63,699 nucleotides of DNA from NCBI GenBank assembly GCA_017508555.1, contig JAFVYP010000141.1:1-63699 (forward strand), written 5' to 3'. The notes beneath the pieces are model-generated. The model had not been told where the DNA came from and searched no databases. It saw only the letters and a program-made list of their open reading frames with translations. Position 1 is the first letter of the stretch. Every line of letters begins with the position of its first letter. The translations under genes were made by a program, and so were the position numbers. Positions 17,677 to 26,128 of this stretch are shown here, in pieces. Origin of the DNA: Lentisphaeria bacterium (GTDB lineage Bacteria; Verrucomicrobiota; Lentisphaeria; Victivallales; Victivallaceae).

Positions 17677-18255
17677 TTACGCTTCCGTGGCCAGATCGGT
17701 CATGTGAAGTTCTGCTGTTTCCGGCCCGATATTTTCCAGAGAGTGAGGCAGATCCCCCTGATAAGCGAGGAAATCTCCGGGCCCCAGTTCAGCGGTGTTG
17801 TCTCCGCTGGTCACACGGACCTGGCCGCGGGTGACAAGGACATACTCCTCACACCCGGAGGGATGAGGCTCTGAATGGTGCCTGGCACCGGGAAGGATGC
17901 TGACATGATACATCTCAAGTCTGTCAGGTATCCCCGGGGCTGTCAGGATCTTGAAGATCACCTTGCCCTCATCGTAAGCAATGCTCATCAGGCGGGAGCC
18001 GGGGATGAAGGTAAAATGTTCCGGCTTCTTGTTTTTTCCGTCGATCAGGACAGCCAGCTCAACGCCCAGAGCATGTGCGGCCTTCCAGAGCGTGACCAGC
18101 GTGGGATTGACTCTGCCGCTTTCGATCTGCGACAGCATGGCTTTGGAAATGCCGCTGGCCTCAGAAAGCGCCCCCAGAGAAAGATGTCTGGCCAAACGCT
18201 CCTTTTTGAGATTTTTCCCTACTGGCGGAATATCCAGTTCTGCAGTCTTTGTCAT
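17677..18255 (-). CDS. XRE-family HTH regulator with C-terminal cupin domain
   Basis: LSLGALSEASGISKAMLSQIESGRVNPT HTH and HHSEPHPSGCEEYVLVTRGQV cupin motif. Confidence 0.85.
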   Translation of the reverse strand: MTKTAELDIPPVGKNLKKERLARHLSLGALSEASGISKAMLSQIESGRVNPTLVTLWKAAHALGVELAVLIDGKNKKPEHFTFIPGSRLMSIAYDEGKVIFKILTAPGIPDRLEMYHVSILPGARHHSEPHPSGCEEYVLVTRGQVRVTSGDNTAELGPGDFLAYQGDLPHSLENIGPETAELHMTDLATEA

Positions 18256-18271
18256 TCTTCCAACCGCTCCG

Positions 18272-19042
18272 TTAAAATCTTCTGAAAAAGGCTTCTTCGA
18301 GGGTGGGACCCGTCAACTCCACAGTTCTGGGAGCAACCAGTCCCAGGGCCGGTTCACAGCGCTCCATGTATTCGATGCGCAAAACAGCCTCTTTTTCCAG
18401 AGTCATGGGTTTGATGCGTCCCTCTTTGAAGGCGGCAATGGCCTCAAAGGTCTTTTCGCGCAGGAGTTTTTCAGAAGCATCGGGAGAGAGCATGATCGCC
18501 CCCTGCTGCCCTGTGGAGATCTTGACCTGACAGGTGACGACATCGGGAGAAAACGCCCGGGCCTCCTGACAGAGTTTATCACAGCCGCTTGTCATAATGA
18601 CAGGCAGTCCGTGTTCACCGGCAATGATGGTATCAATGGCAAATTCCCCGGCAAGTTCTCCGTTGACCCACATGTTCTGGATGGATTTGGAGGAAAATGT
18701 ATGTTCCATAAGGGCCCGGGGCGTTCCGGCCATGGCGTGATAGCCCAGCAGGATGACGGCATCGGCCTCTTCGATTCCGCTGAACCGCTCGCCGGGCGTG
18801 TGTCCCTGCACAAGACGGATGCCGGGAATGAGATTTTCCCACAAAATGCTGTTGCCCGCGCCGTGGCCGTCCCGGACGATCACTTCATCCGCCCCCGCCT
18901 CAAGGCAGGCTTTGGCACAGATGTTGACATCGCGGGTGATGAATTTGCATCCCAGTCCGTATTTGGCTCCGTCAGCAGTCACAAAAGCGGAACTGCTGAC
19001 CCCGCTGATCCCTTCCAGATCAGCAAAAATATAGATCTTCAC
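18272..19042 (-). CDS. M55-family D-aminopeptidase (DppA-like)
   Basis: MKIYIFADLEGISGV N-terminus and VRDGHG / GYHAMAG blocks. Confidence 0.8.
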   Translation of the reverse strand: MKIYIFADLEGISGVSSSAFVTADGAKYGLGCKFITRDVNICAKACLEAGADEVIVRDGHGAGNSILWENLIPGIRLVQGHTPGERFSGIEEADAVILLGYHAMAGTPRALMEHTFSSKSIQNMWVNGELAGEFAIDTIIAGEHGLPVIMTSGCDKLCQEARAFSPDVVTCQVKISTGQQGAIMLSPDASEKLLREKTFEAIAAFKEGRIKPMTLEKEAVLRIEYMERCEPALGLVAPRTVELTGPTLEEAFFRRF

Positions 19043-19171
19043 AGTTGGATATCCCTGAATTGTTGATTTGTAAAAAACGGTTTTTTTATAAGATACATCC
19101 GCAGAGCCTTTTATGCAAGCATAAAAAGTTCCTTCAGACGTTCAAAAGACCGGAGAACGGGTGCTGCGGTT

Positions 19172-19819
19172 TTATTCCCCGTCCCTCTTTTCCTTGAGCC
19201 ATCCTGTCCTGACGGCATATTCGATGGACTTTTCGACCCAGACATGGACTTCGGGCATGAACTCCCGGAGAACGGACATGCGCTGCTCCACCTGATGCCG
19301 GAGCGTTTGGATATCCTCCGCTTTCCAGGTATGGCCCTCAGTCAGCATATTGTGCAGGAACGGCTGCAGTTTATCCAGACAGTCGGCATACCGGGCATCG
19401 GCGGAGGAACGGGTGTCAAACTCCTCCCACAGCGCCCGGATATGGATGCCCTGCTCCCGGGGCAGCATGGCAAAGAGTTTTTCAGCAGCTGCCTTTTCCC
19501 GGGAGGCTTTGGTTTTGTATCCCTCCACATCGTAGGCAAAAGTGTCTCCGGCATAGATCTCCACAAGGTCGTGGACAAGGAGCATTTCCACCGCGTGGAG
19601 CGGATCGACCTTTTCCACGGCAAACTCTCTGAACAGCAGGGCCATCACGGATATATGCCATGAGTGTTCCGCATCATTTTCCCGGCGGCTGCGGTCCACC
19701 AGCAGGTTACGCCGCAGGACCCGGGTCATTTTGTCGATCTCTGCCGTAAATTTGAGCAGCGCATCCAGACGGATATTGCCGCTTGAAATAAAATCTTTGA
19801 ATATGTCAAGTTCGTTCAT
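19172..19819 (-). CDS. HD-domain phosphohydrolase (YfbR-like nucleotidase family)
   Basis: DAEHSWHISVMALL and HDLVEIYAGDT motifs. Real start is ATG 19819 after GGAGGAAAAC. The rest of the 884-aa ORF is antisense to panE and the amidohydrolase gene. Confidence 0.8.
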   Translation of the reverse strand: MNELDIFKDFISSGNIRLDALLKFTAEIDKMTRVLRRNLLVDRSRRENDAEHSWHISVMALLFREFAVEKVDPLHAVEMLLVHDLVEIYAGDTFAYDVEGYKTKASREKAAAEKLFAMLPREQGIHIRALWEEFDTRSSADARYADCLDKLQPFLHNMLTEGHTWKAEDIQTLRHQVEQRMSVLREFMPEVHVWVEKSIEYAVRTGWLKEKRDGE

Positions 19820-19914
19820 GTTTTCCTCCGTGCGGGAAAATATACAACACACACGGCGCTTTTGCAAGTCTGCAAATTTCTGCATTTTTTCCGGCATCAG
19901 CGCCCCAAGCCCCC

Positions 19915-19943
19915 TTGACTTTATGGGGAAACACTGGTACAAT
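19915..19943 (+). promoter_or_regulatory. Sigma70-like promoter for panE (TTGACT-N17-TACAAT)
   Basis: Hexamers at 19915-19920 and 19938-19943, read directly. Confidence 0.55.
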
Positions 19944-19981
19944 ATACAAAATGCAAAAAAGAGTGCTTTTTTCAACAAACG

Positions 19982-20875
19982 ATGAATACCCGAAAACATA
20001 TCGTCCTGCTTGGAGCAGGAGCTGTCGGCGTACTGCCGGCTGTGCGGCTTCTGCGGCAGAAAGAGATCCGTCTGACCGTTGCAGCCGATGCACAGCGCAT
20101 CGCCCGCTACCGGCAGGAGGGGATCTATTTCAACGGGACGCGTCTGGCCTTTGACTTTGCCTCCCCTGAGGAGATGGCTCCCCTGCCCCCCGCTGATCTG
20201 ATCCTTGCGGCCACCAAGACCCCCTCTCTGGAGGAGGCTCTGGAAAATGTTCAGCCCCTGACAGCGCCCCGGACGGTCTTTCTGCCTCTGCTCAACGGCA
20301 TCACGGCCCATGAGGTCATTCAGAAACGCTTTCCCGGAAACACCGTTCTCAAGGGATATTTTCTCGGTCATGCCAGCGTGCGCGAAAACAACCGCATCAC
20401 CCATGACGGCGTCGGGACATTTTTCATCGGCGGTCAGGCACCTAATGCGGAAGAGGCGGCGGCGCTGCTGAAAGCCGCCGGGGTCAACACGGAACTTCCG
20501 GCAGATATCCATTCGGCCATGTGGCGCAAATTTGTCCTCAACGTGGGTGTCAATCAAACCCAGGCTTTCTTCGGTGCCGATTACGGAACCATGCAGAAAA
20601 GCCCTGAGCTGATGGCTTTTGCCGCGGAGCTGATGGAGGAGGCCGTCCGGATCGCCCGCATGGAAAACATCTCCGGTACGGAAACAATGGTTGCCGATGC
20701 AGTCAAAGTCATTCTTGAAATGCCCGGACATGTCAAAACCTCCATGCTTCAGGACGTTCTTGCCGGACGCAGGACAGAGGTGGATGCCTTTGCCGGAACC
20801 ATCTGTGCCAAAGCTGAAAAATACGGTTTGGATGTCCCTTTCAACAAAAAAGTTCTTGAAAAATTTTTCATATAA
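19982..20875 (+). CDS. panE: 2-dehydropantoate 2-reductase (ketopantoate reductase family)
   Basis: IVLLGAGAVG Rossmann N-terminus and ApbA-like C-terminal SMLQDVLAGRRTEVD block. Confidence 0.8.
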   Translation: MNTRKHIVLLGAGAVGVLPAVRLLRQKEIRLTVAADAQRIARYRQEGIYFNGTRLAFDFASPEEMAPLPPADLILAATKTPSLEEALENVQPLTAPRTVFLPLLNGITAHEVIQKRFPGNTVLKGYFLGHASVRENNRITHDGVGTFFIGGQAPNAEEAAALLKAAGVNTELPADIHSAMWRKFVLNVGVNQTQAFFGADYGTMQKSPELMAFAAELMEEAVRIARMENISGTETMVADAVKVILEMPGHVKTSMLQDVLAGRRTEVDAFAGTICAKAEKYGLDVPFNKKVLEKFFI

Positions 20876-20887
20876 GGAGGATTCTTT

Positions 20888-21703
20888 ATGATTATCGACT
20901 TTCACGCTCATTTCAATTCCGGAGATCCGGCAGAAGTCAAGGCCTTTGTGGCCAACTGCGAAAAAAACAACTGCCGTGCAGCCATGTCCGGCGGCCTTCA
21001 CTACGGGGGACATGATTTTCTGCCCAACGATCAGGTGATCGACTACTGCAACGAGTACAAGGACGTCCTCATTCCTCTGGTCAAGCTGGATCTGTGGGAT
21101 AAACCCGTGGATCTGGACGAACTGCACCGTCTGGTGGACAGAGGCGCCAAAGGCGTCAAGTGCATCTATCCCTACTACGAGTATGACCATGATCTTTACA
21201 TGCCGCTCTACGAAGAGTGCGAAAAGCTGGGACTGCCGATCCTGTTCCACACGGGGAACTACCGTCCCAACGAAGAGGATATGCGCAGCCGCAGACCGAT
21301 CCTCAAAAACATGAACCCCATCAATCTGGACCGGCCGGCCCGTTCCTTCCAGAAACTCAAAATCGTCATCGCGCATCTGGGGACGACTTTCTGGCGCGTC
21401 CAGGCTGCTGAAATGATCAAAATGCACGACAACGTCTATGCGGATCTTGCCGGTTCCGGCAGCTGGATGGGACTTTCCGCCAACGAACTGGCCCAGCTGC
21501 TGGCGCCCTGGGTGATCCTCTGCCGGGACAACGCCAAACACTTCAAAAAACTCGTATTCGGCTCTGACTGTTATGTCAAGATCCCGTCCATCCAGACGGA
21601 CGGAAAACTCCATTATGAGCAGATCCTGCGCAAGGTCGGCGCGGATCAGGAGACCCGTGACGCCGTCATGGGCGGCACAGTCGCCTCCTGGCTGGGCCTT
21701 TGA
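20888..21703 (+). CDS. Amidohydrolase-2 family metal-dependent hydrolase
   Basis: MIIDFHAHF metal-binding start, TIM-barrel-type HTG and AHLG blocks, and an AAGGAGG RBS. Confidence 0.75.
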   Translation: MIIDFHAHFNSGDPAEVKAFVANCEKNNCRAAMSGGLHYGGHDFLPNDQVIDYCNEYKDVLIPLVKLDLWDKPVDLDELHRLVDRGAKGVKCIYPYYEYDHDLYMPLYEECEKLGLPILFHTGNYRPNEEDMRSRRPILKNMNPINLDRPARSFQKLKIVIAHLGTTFWRVQAAEMIKMHDNVYADLAGSGSWMGLSANELAQLLAPWVILCRDNAKHFKKLVFGSDCYVKIPSIQTDGKLHYEQILRKVGADQETRDAVMGGTVASWLGL

Positions 21704-21719
21704 ACCTTTTTTGAATAGG

Positions 21720-21890
21720 CTTTGTTCCCGACAAGGGTCGATGGTATCGCGGGGAGGGGGCCGAACGTCGGCTCCGTTATCTTTCTTTTCGCGGGAAAAG
21801 AGGTTTTTCCCCACCCCGCACCCCACCCCATTTAGAGAAAAGCGAAGTATTTTTTAGGTTTTATAATTTATAAACCCCTATAGGGAACAG
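21720..21890 (+). repeat. MITE/REP-like palindromic repeat, variant B, complete copy
   Basis: CTTTGTTCCCGACAAGGGTCGATGGTATCGCGGGG ... CCCTATAGGGAACAG. Begins 17 bp after the amidohydrolase stop. Confidence 0.9.
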
Positions 21891-22029
21891 AACTTTTGAA
21901 TATACATCCATAATATTTTGCACTTTTTTGCAAGAAAAACCACAGGCTGACTTGTAAAAAAGGCATTTTCATATTATTGTAATAAGGATTGTATATAAAT
22001 ATAAACTTGTAACAGAACAGGCAAAAAAA

Positions 22030-23055
22030 ATGAGCTTTATAGATCTTTCAAAGCTGTTTTCGACCTATATCGGTATCGACTTGGGCACGGCCAACAGTCT
22101 GGTTTTTGTAAAAGACCGCGGTGTCGTGCTGGCGGAACCCTCCGTAGTCGCCATCAATACCAAAAACGAAAAGATCATTGCCGTGGGCAGTGAGGCCAAA
22201 GAGATGCTTGGAAAGACGCCGGGCAACATCAAAGCCATCCGTCCCATGAGCGACGGCGTGATCGCCAACTTTGAGATCACCGAAGCGATGTTGCGTTATT
22301 TTATCAAAAAAGCCATGCGTTCAGTGCCCTGGTACCGTCAGATCCTGTCGCCGAAGGTGCTGATCGCGGTCCCGACGGGGATCACTGAGGTGGAGCATCG
22401 GGCCGTAGAGGACAGCGCCAAACACTCCGGGGCCGGAGAGGTCGTCCTTGTCCACGAGCCTATGGCGGCGGCTGTCGGCGTGGGCTTGCCGGTTTCGGAA
22501 CCTGCGGGCAACATGATCGTGGATATCGGCGGAGGCACGACAGAAGTGGCGGTGATCTCCCTGGCCGGTATCGTCAGTTCCAAGAGCGAACGTACGGGCG
22601 GCGATGACTTTGACGAAGCGATCACCCAGCACATGAAAAAGGTCCACGGGCTGCTGATCGGAGAACTCTCCGCCGAACAGATCAAGATCAAACTCGGCAG
22701 CGCTTATCCTGTCAAAGATGAAGAGACGCTGGATGTCAAGGGACTGGATATAACCAACAAGATCCCGAAAACGGTCCGTATTTCTGCGTCGGAGATCCGT
22801 CTGGCCCTTCAGGAGCCTGTCTGGAAGATCGTTGAAGCGGTCAAATCGACCCTTGACCAGTGTCATCCCGACCTGGCGGCGGATCTGATCGACAGGGGCA
22901 TCATGCTGGCCGGCGGCGGCGCCATGCTTTCCGGTCTGGATAAACTTTTGTCTGAAGAGACTGAACTGCCGGTCTTTATCGCCGAAAATCCCCTGGATGC
23001 GGTGGTCAAAGGAACCGGTGTCATGCTTCAGGGTGATAATATTTGGTTTTTATAA
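22030..23055 (+). CDS. mreB: Rod-shape-determining actin homolog MreB
   Basis: IGIDLGTANSLVF and MIVDIGGGTTEVAVIS motifs. Confidence 0.95.
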   Translation: MSFIDLSKLFSTYIGIDLGTANSLVFVKDRGVVLAEPSVVAINTKNEKIIAVGSEAKEMLGKTPGNIKAIRPMSDGVIANFEITEAMLRYFIKKAMRSVPWYRQILSPKVLIAVPTGITEVEHRAVEDSAKHSGAGEVVLVHEPMAAAVGVGLPVSEPAGNMIVDIGGGTTEVAVISLAGIVSSKSERTGGDDFDEAITQHMKKVHGLLIGELSAEQIKIKLGSAYPVKDEETLDVKGLDITNKIPKTVRISASEIRLALQEPVWKIVEAVKSTLDQCHPDLAADLIDRGIMLAGGGAMLSGLDKLLSEETELPVFIAENPLDAVVKGTGVMLQGDNIWFL

Positions 23056-23067
23056 TCTCAAGGTAAA

Positions 23068-23973
23068 ATGAAGATCGATTTTTCCAAACTCCGTCCTGTG
23101 GAAATCACGGACAGACCGCTTTTCGACAGCAAACTTGCCCTGATGGCAAGTCAGAGCTGTGAGTGCAGTTTTCCCAATATTTTCATGTATCAGCAGCCCT
23201 ACGGCATTGAGTTCATCGAGATCGGCGGCCGTCTGGTAGTCTATGAGCGCGTTGCCCGGTCCATCCACTACCCCATCGGCGAGTGGACAGATCCGGCCAC
23301 GCTCAAAAAGATCAGTGATGCCTTTGTCAAAGAGGGCCTGACGGACGGCGGTGTTTACGACGTTCCCGAAGAATTTCTCGACAAGCACCCCGACTGCGAT
23401 ACATTTTTTGAGATCGAGTACGATGAAGGTGCCATCGACTATCTCTTTTCCATTGAAAAGATCGCCACATTCACCGGTCCCAAGCTCCGCAAGAAACACA
23501 ACCTGGTGAAGCAGTTCCAGGCGGCCTGGCCCTATGCGGAAGTGCATCCCATCACCAAAGAATCCCTGCCTGTGGTATCCAAGCTGGCGGCGGAACTCAA
23601 CTCCCGTCTGGTCCAGTGTGAATTTCTCGATGAGGAGGCGCTGGCGCTGGAACGGGCCTGGGCCAACTGGGAAGAGCTGGGCCTCGGCGGCATCATTCTC
23701 TATGCCGAACGCGGATATCCTGCCGGTTTTTCTGTTTACAGCCTGCTGCCGTCGGATACGGTGGACATCCACTTTGAAAAGGCGGAACACTCCGTCAAGG
23801 GGGCATCGCAGACGCTCACCTGGCAGCTGGCCATCGCCCTGCGCGGCAAGGCCAAATTCATGAACAGAGAACAGGATATGAACGAAGAAAATCTGCGTCA
23901 TGCCAAGCGCTCTCTGGATCCGGAACGTTTCTTCAAGAGATACTTCCTCCGGGGGATCGCCGACGCAAAATAA
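23068..23973 (+). CDS. DUF2156 protein (lysyl-phosphatidylglycerol synthase C-terminal-domain-like, GNAT fold)
   Basis: SFPNIFMYQQPYG, DYLFSIEKIATFTGPKLRKKHN, HFEKA and NREQDMNEENLRHAKRSLDPE follow the DUF2156 pattern as I remember it. Confidence 0.7.
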   Translation: MKIDFSKLRPVEITDRPLFDSKLALMASQSCECSFPNIFMYQQPYGIEFIEIGGRLVVYERVARSIHYPIGEWTDPATLKKISDAFVKEGLTDGGVYDVPEEFLDKHPDCDTFFEIEYDEGAIDYLFSIEKIATFTGPKLRKKHNLVKQFQAAWPYAEVHPITKESLPVVSKLAAELNSRLVQCEFLDEEALALERAWANWEELGLGGIILYAERGYPAGFSVYSLLPSDTVDIHFEKAEHSVKGASQTLTWQLAIALRGKAKFMNREQDMNEENLRHAKRSLDPERFFKRYFLRGIADAK

Positions 23974-24125
23974 TCCGAATCCAAACACCGGAAAGGAGCT
24001 TTATGCCGCAGCCGGGAACACAAAGTTTGATTTGTGTTTATCCGGTGCATTCCGCATAAAAGCCCCGGGGTTTTCATTATTTCAAAAACGCCCGGACGGG
24101 CAGTTACCTATAAAGGAAAAACATC

Positions 24126-24782
24126 ATGAGTTTTCAGGATCTTTGCAGCGAAGCAAGTGCCAAACTTGCGGAAATCAAAATCGTCCCGGTCCTCGTTCTG
24201 AACGACCTGGACTCCGGTCTTAAAATGTGCGAACTGCTGGCCGAATGCGGTCTGCCTGCGGCGGAGATCACATTCCGTACAGCGGCGGCTGAATCCATTA
24301 TCAAAGAGGCGGCGAAGCGTTTTCCGGAACTCTATCTGGGAGCGGGAACGATCCTCAACACGGCTGATCTGAAACGGGCCTTTGACGCGGGGGCAAAATT
24401 TGCAGTGGCCCCGGGCTTCAATCCCACCGTGGTCCGCAGTGCAGTGGAACAGAATTTCGCCTTCGCGCCCGGTGTCTGCACGCCTTCTGAGATCGAGCAG
24501 GCCATGGAGCTGGGCTGCCGTTTCCTCAAATTTTTCCCGGCGGAAGCAGCTGGCGGCGTTGCCATGCTCAAATCCCTGATCGCCCCCTACAAACATCTGG
24601 GCGTCCGTTTCATGCCCACGGGCGGCGTTTCCACGTCCAATGTGGAAAATTACCTGGCCATCAAAGAGGTCGTCGCTGTGGGCGGCACCTGGCTGGGCAA
24701 AGCCGACGCCATTGCCGCCGGTGACTGGGAAGGTATCCGCAAAACGGTCAAGGATGCCGTTGCACTCAAAAACAAATTCTGA
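24126..24782 (+). CDS. eda: KDPG / KHG aldolase
   Basis: IVPVLVL, AEITFRT, LKFFPAEAAGG and FMPTGGV blocks. Confidence 0.9.
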   Translation: MSFQDLCSEASAKLAEIKIVPVLVLNDLDSGLKMCELLAECGLPAAEITFRTAAAESIIKEAAKRFPELYLGAGTILNTADLKRAFDAGAKFAVAPGFNPTVVRSAVEQNFAFAPGVCTPSEIEQAMELGCRFLKFFPAEAAGGVAMLKSLIAPYKHLGVRFMPTGGVSTSNVENYLAIKEVVAVGGTWLGKADAIAAGDWEGIRKTVKDAVALKNKF

Positions 24783-24805
24783 ACTTTTTTCAAGGAGTTG
24801 ACCTC

Positions 24806-25900
24806 ATGCTGAAATACCTCAATTCCCAAGAGTGTGCTTATGATATTTTAAGTCTCGGAGAAGTCATGCTCCGCCTTGATCCGGGCGAAGGGCGTATCCA
24901 CACGACGCGCCGTTTCGACGTCTGGGAGGGAGGCGGCGAGTACAATGTGGCCCGCGGCATGCGCCGTTGTTTCGGTCTCAGAGCCGCAGTCGTGACCGCC
25001 TTTGCCGACAATCCGGTGGGCCGTCTGGTGGAGGACTTTATCCTTCAGGGAGGCGTTGACACCCGCTTCATCAAATGGGTCCCCTATGACGGGATCGGCA
25101 GAACAGTCCGCAACGGACTGAACTTTGTGGAGCGCGGTTTCGGATGCCGCGGAGCCAAAAGCTGCAGCGACCGGGGTAACACGGCTGTATCTCAGCTCAA
25201 ACCCGGCGATATTGACTGGGATGAGATCTTCGGCAAATACAAAGTCCGTCATTTCCATACGGGCGGCATCTTTGCAGCGCTCTCTGACAGCACCAGTGCC
25301 GTTGCCATCGAAGCGCTGAAAAAAGCCAAAGAATACGGAACGGTCACCAGTTACGACTTAAATTACCGGGCCAGCCTCTGGAAGAGCATCGGCGGCGTCG
25401 AACGGGCCCGCGAAGTCAACCGCGAGATCGCCAAATACGTGGACGTTATGATCGGCAACGAAGAGGACTTCACCGCCAGTCTCGGTTTTGAGGTCGCCGG
25501 TGTGGATGCCAATTTGAGCAAACTGGACACAGCCAATTTCAAAGCCATGATCCGTGAAGCCGTCAAGAGCTATCCTAATTTCCAGGTGGTTGCCACCACG
25601 CTGCGCGCGGTCAAATCAGCTTCAGTCAACGACTGGGGTGCCATTGCCTACTGTGATGGAAATTTTGCAGAGGCCATCCACCGTCCTGATCTTGAGATCT
25701 TCGACCGCGTAGGCGGCGGCGACAGCTTCGCTTCCGGCCTCATCTACGGACTGCTTTCAGGAGAAGGCATCGACTTTGCCGTCAACTGCGGTGCTGCTCA
25801 CGGCGCTCTGGCCATGACCACACCGGGAGATACCACCATGGCGGTCAAAGAGGAAGTCTTTAAGATGATGAAGGGCGGCGGCGCCCGCGTGGACAGATAA
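24806..25900 (+). CDS. kdgK: PfkB-family sugar kinase, probable 2-dehydro-3-deoxygluconokinase
   Basis: PfkB signature GGGDSFASGLIYG. Adjacent to eda. Confidence 0.8.
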   Translation: MLKYLNSQECAYDILSLGEVMLRLDPGEGRIHTTRRFDVWEGGGEYNVARGMRRCFGLRAAVVTAFADNPVGRLVEDFILQGGVDTRFIKWVPYDGIGRTVRNGLNFVERGFGCRGAKSCSDRGNTAVSQLKPGDIDWDEIFGKYKVRHFHTGGIFAALSDSTSAVAIEALKKAKEYGTVTSYDLNYRASLWKSIGGVERAREVNREIAKYVDVMIGNEEDFTASLGFEVAGVDANLSKLDTANFKAMIREAVKSYPNFQVVATTLRAVKSASVNDWGAIAYCDGNFAEAIHRPDLEIFDRVGGGDSFASGLIYGLLSGEGIDFAVNCGAAHGALAMTTPGDTTMAVKEEVFKMMKGGGARVDR

Positions 25901-25920
25901 AATATCCGCCGCATGAGTAA

Positions 25921-25994
25921 CTGTCATGCCCTTTCCGGGGCATGACAGAACTGTAAAAGGGCCTTCTTGCCCCGTCACAATTCCCCGGGGCAAG
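25921..25994 (+). terminator. Two consecutive hairpins downstream of kdgK
   Basis: Hairpin 1: CTGTCATGCCC-TTTCCG-GGGCATGACAG (25921-25948). Hairpin 2: CTTGCCCCG-N11-CGGGGCAAG (25966-25994), followed by ATTTTCC. The U-tract is weak. Confidence 0.4.
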
Positions 25995-26128
25995 ATTTTC
26001 CGGCTCAAACACGATCTGCGCGCCATGCCGTAAAAAAGTCTGCAAGGCGCGCAGGGCAGGACGGGCAGCAAAGGTAAACAAGCTGTCCGTTTTCCTGACA
26101 GCAGCGCATCACGATTCAGGGAGGAACA

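Noticed and set aside
19820-21826. Upstream 669 codons of the 884-aa minus-strand ORF 19172-21826
   Set aside because: Only the last 216 codons (the HD-domain protein, with its own RBS and ATG at 19819) look real. The rest is antisense to panE and the amidohydrolase gene, and starts inside a repeat copy.
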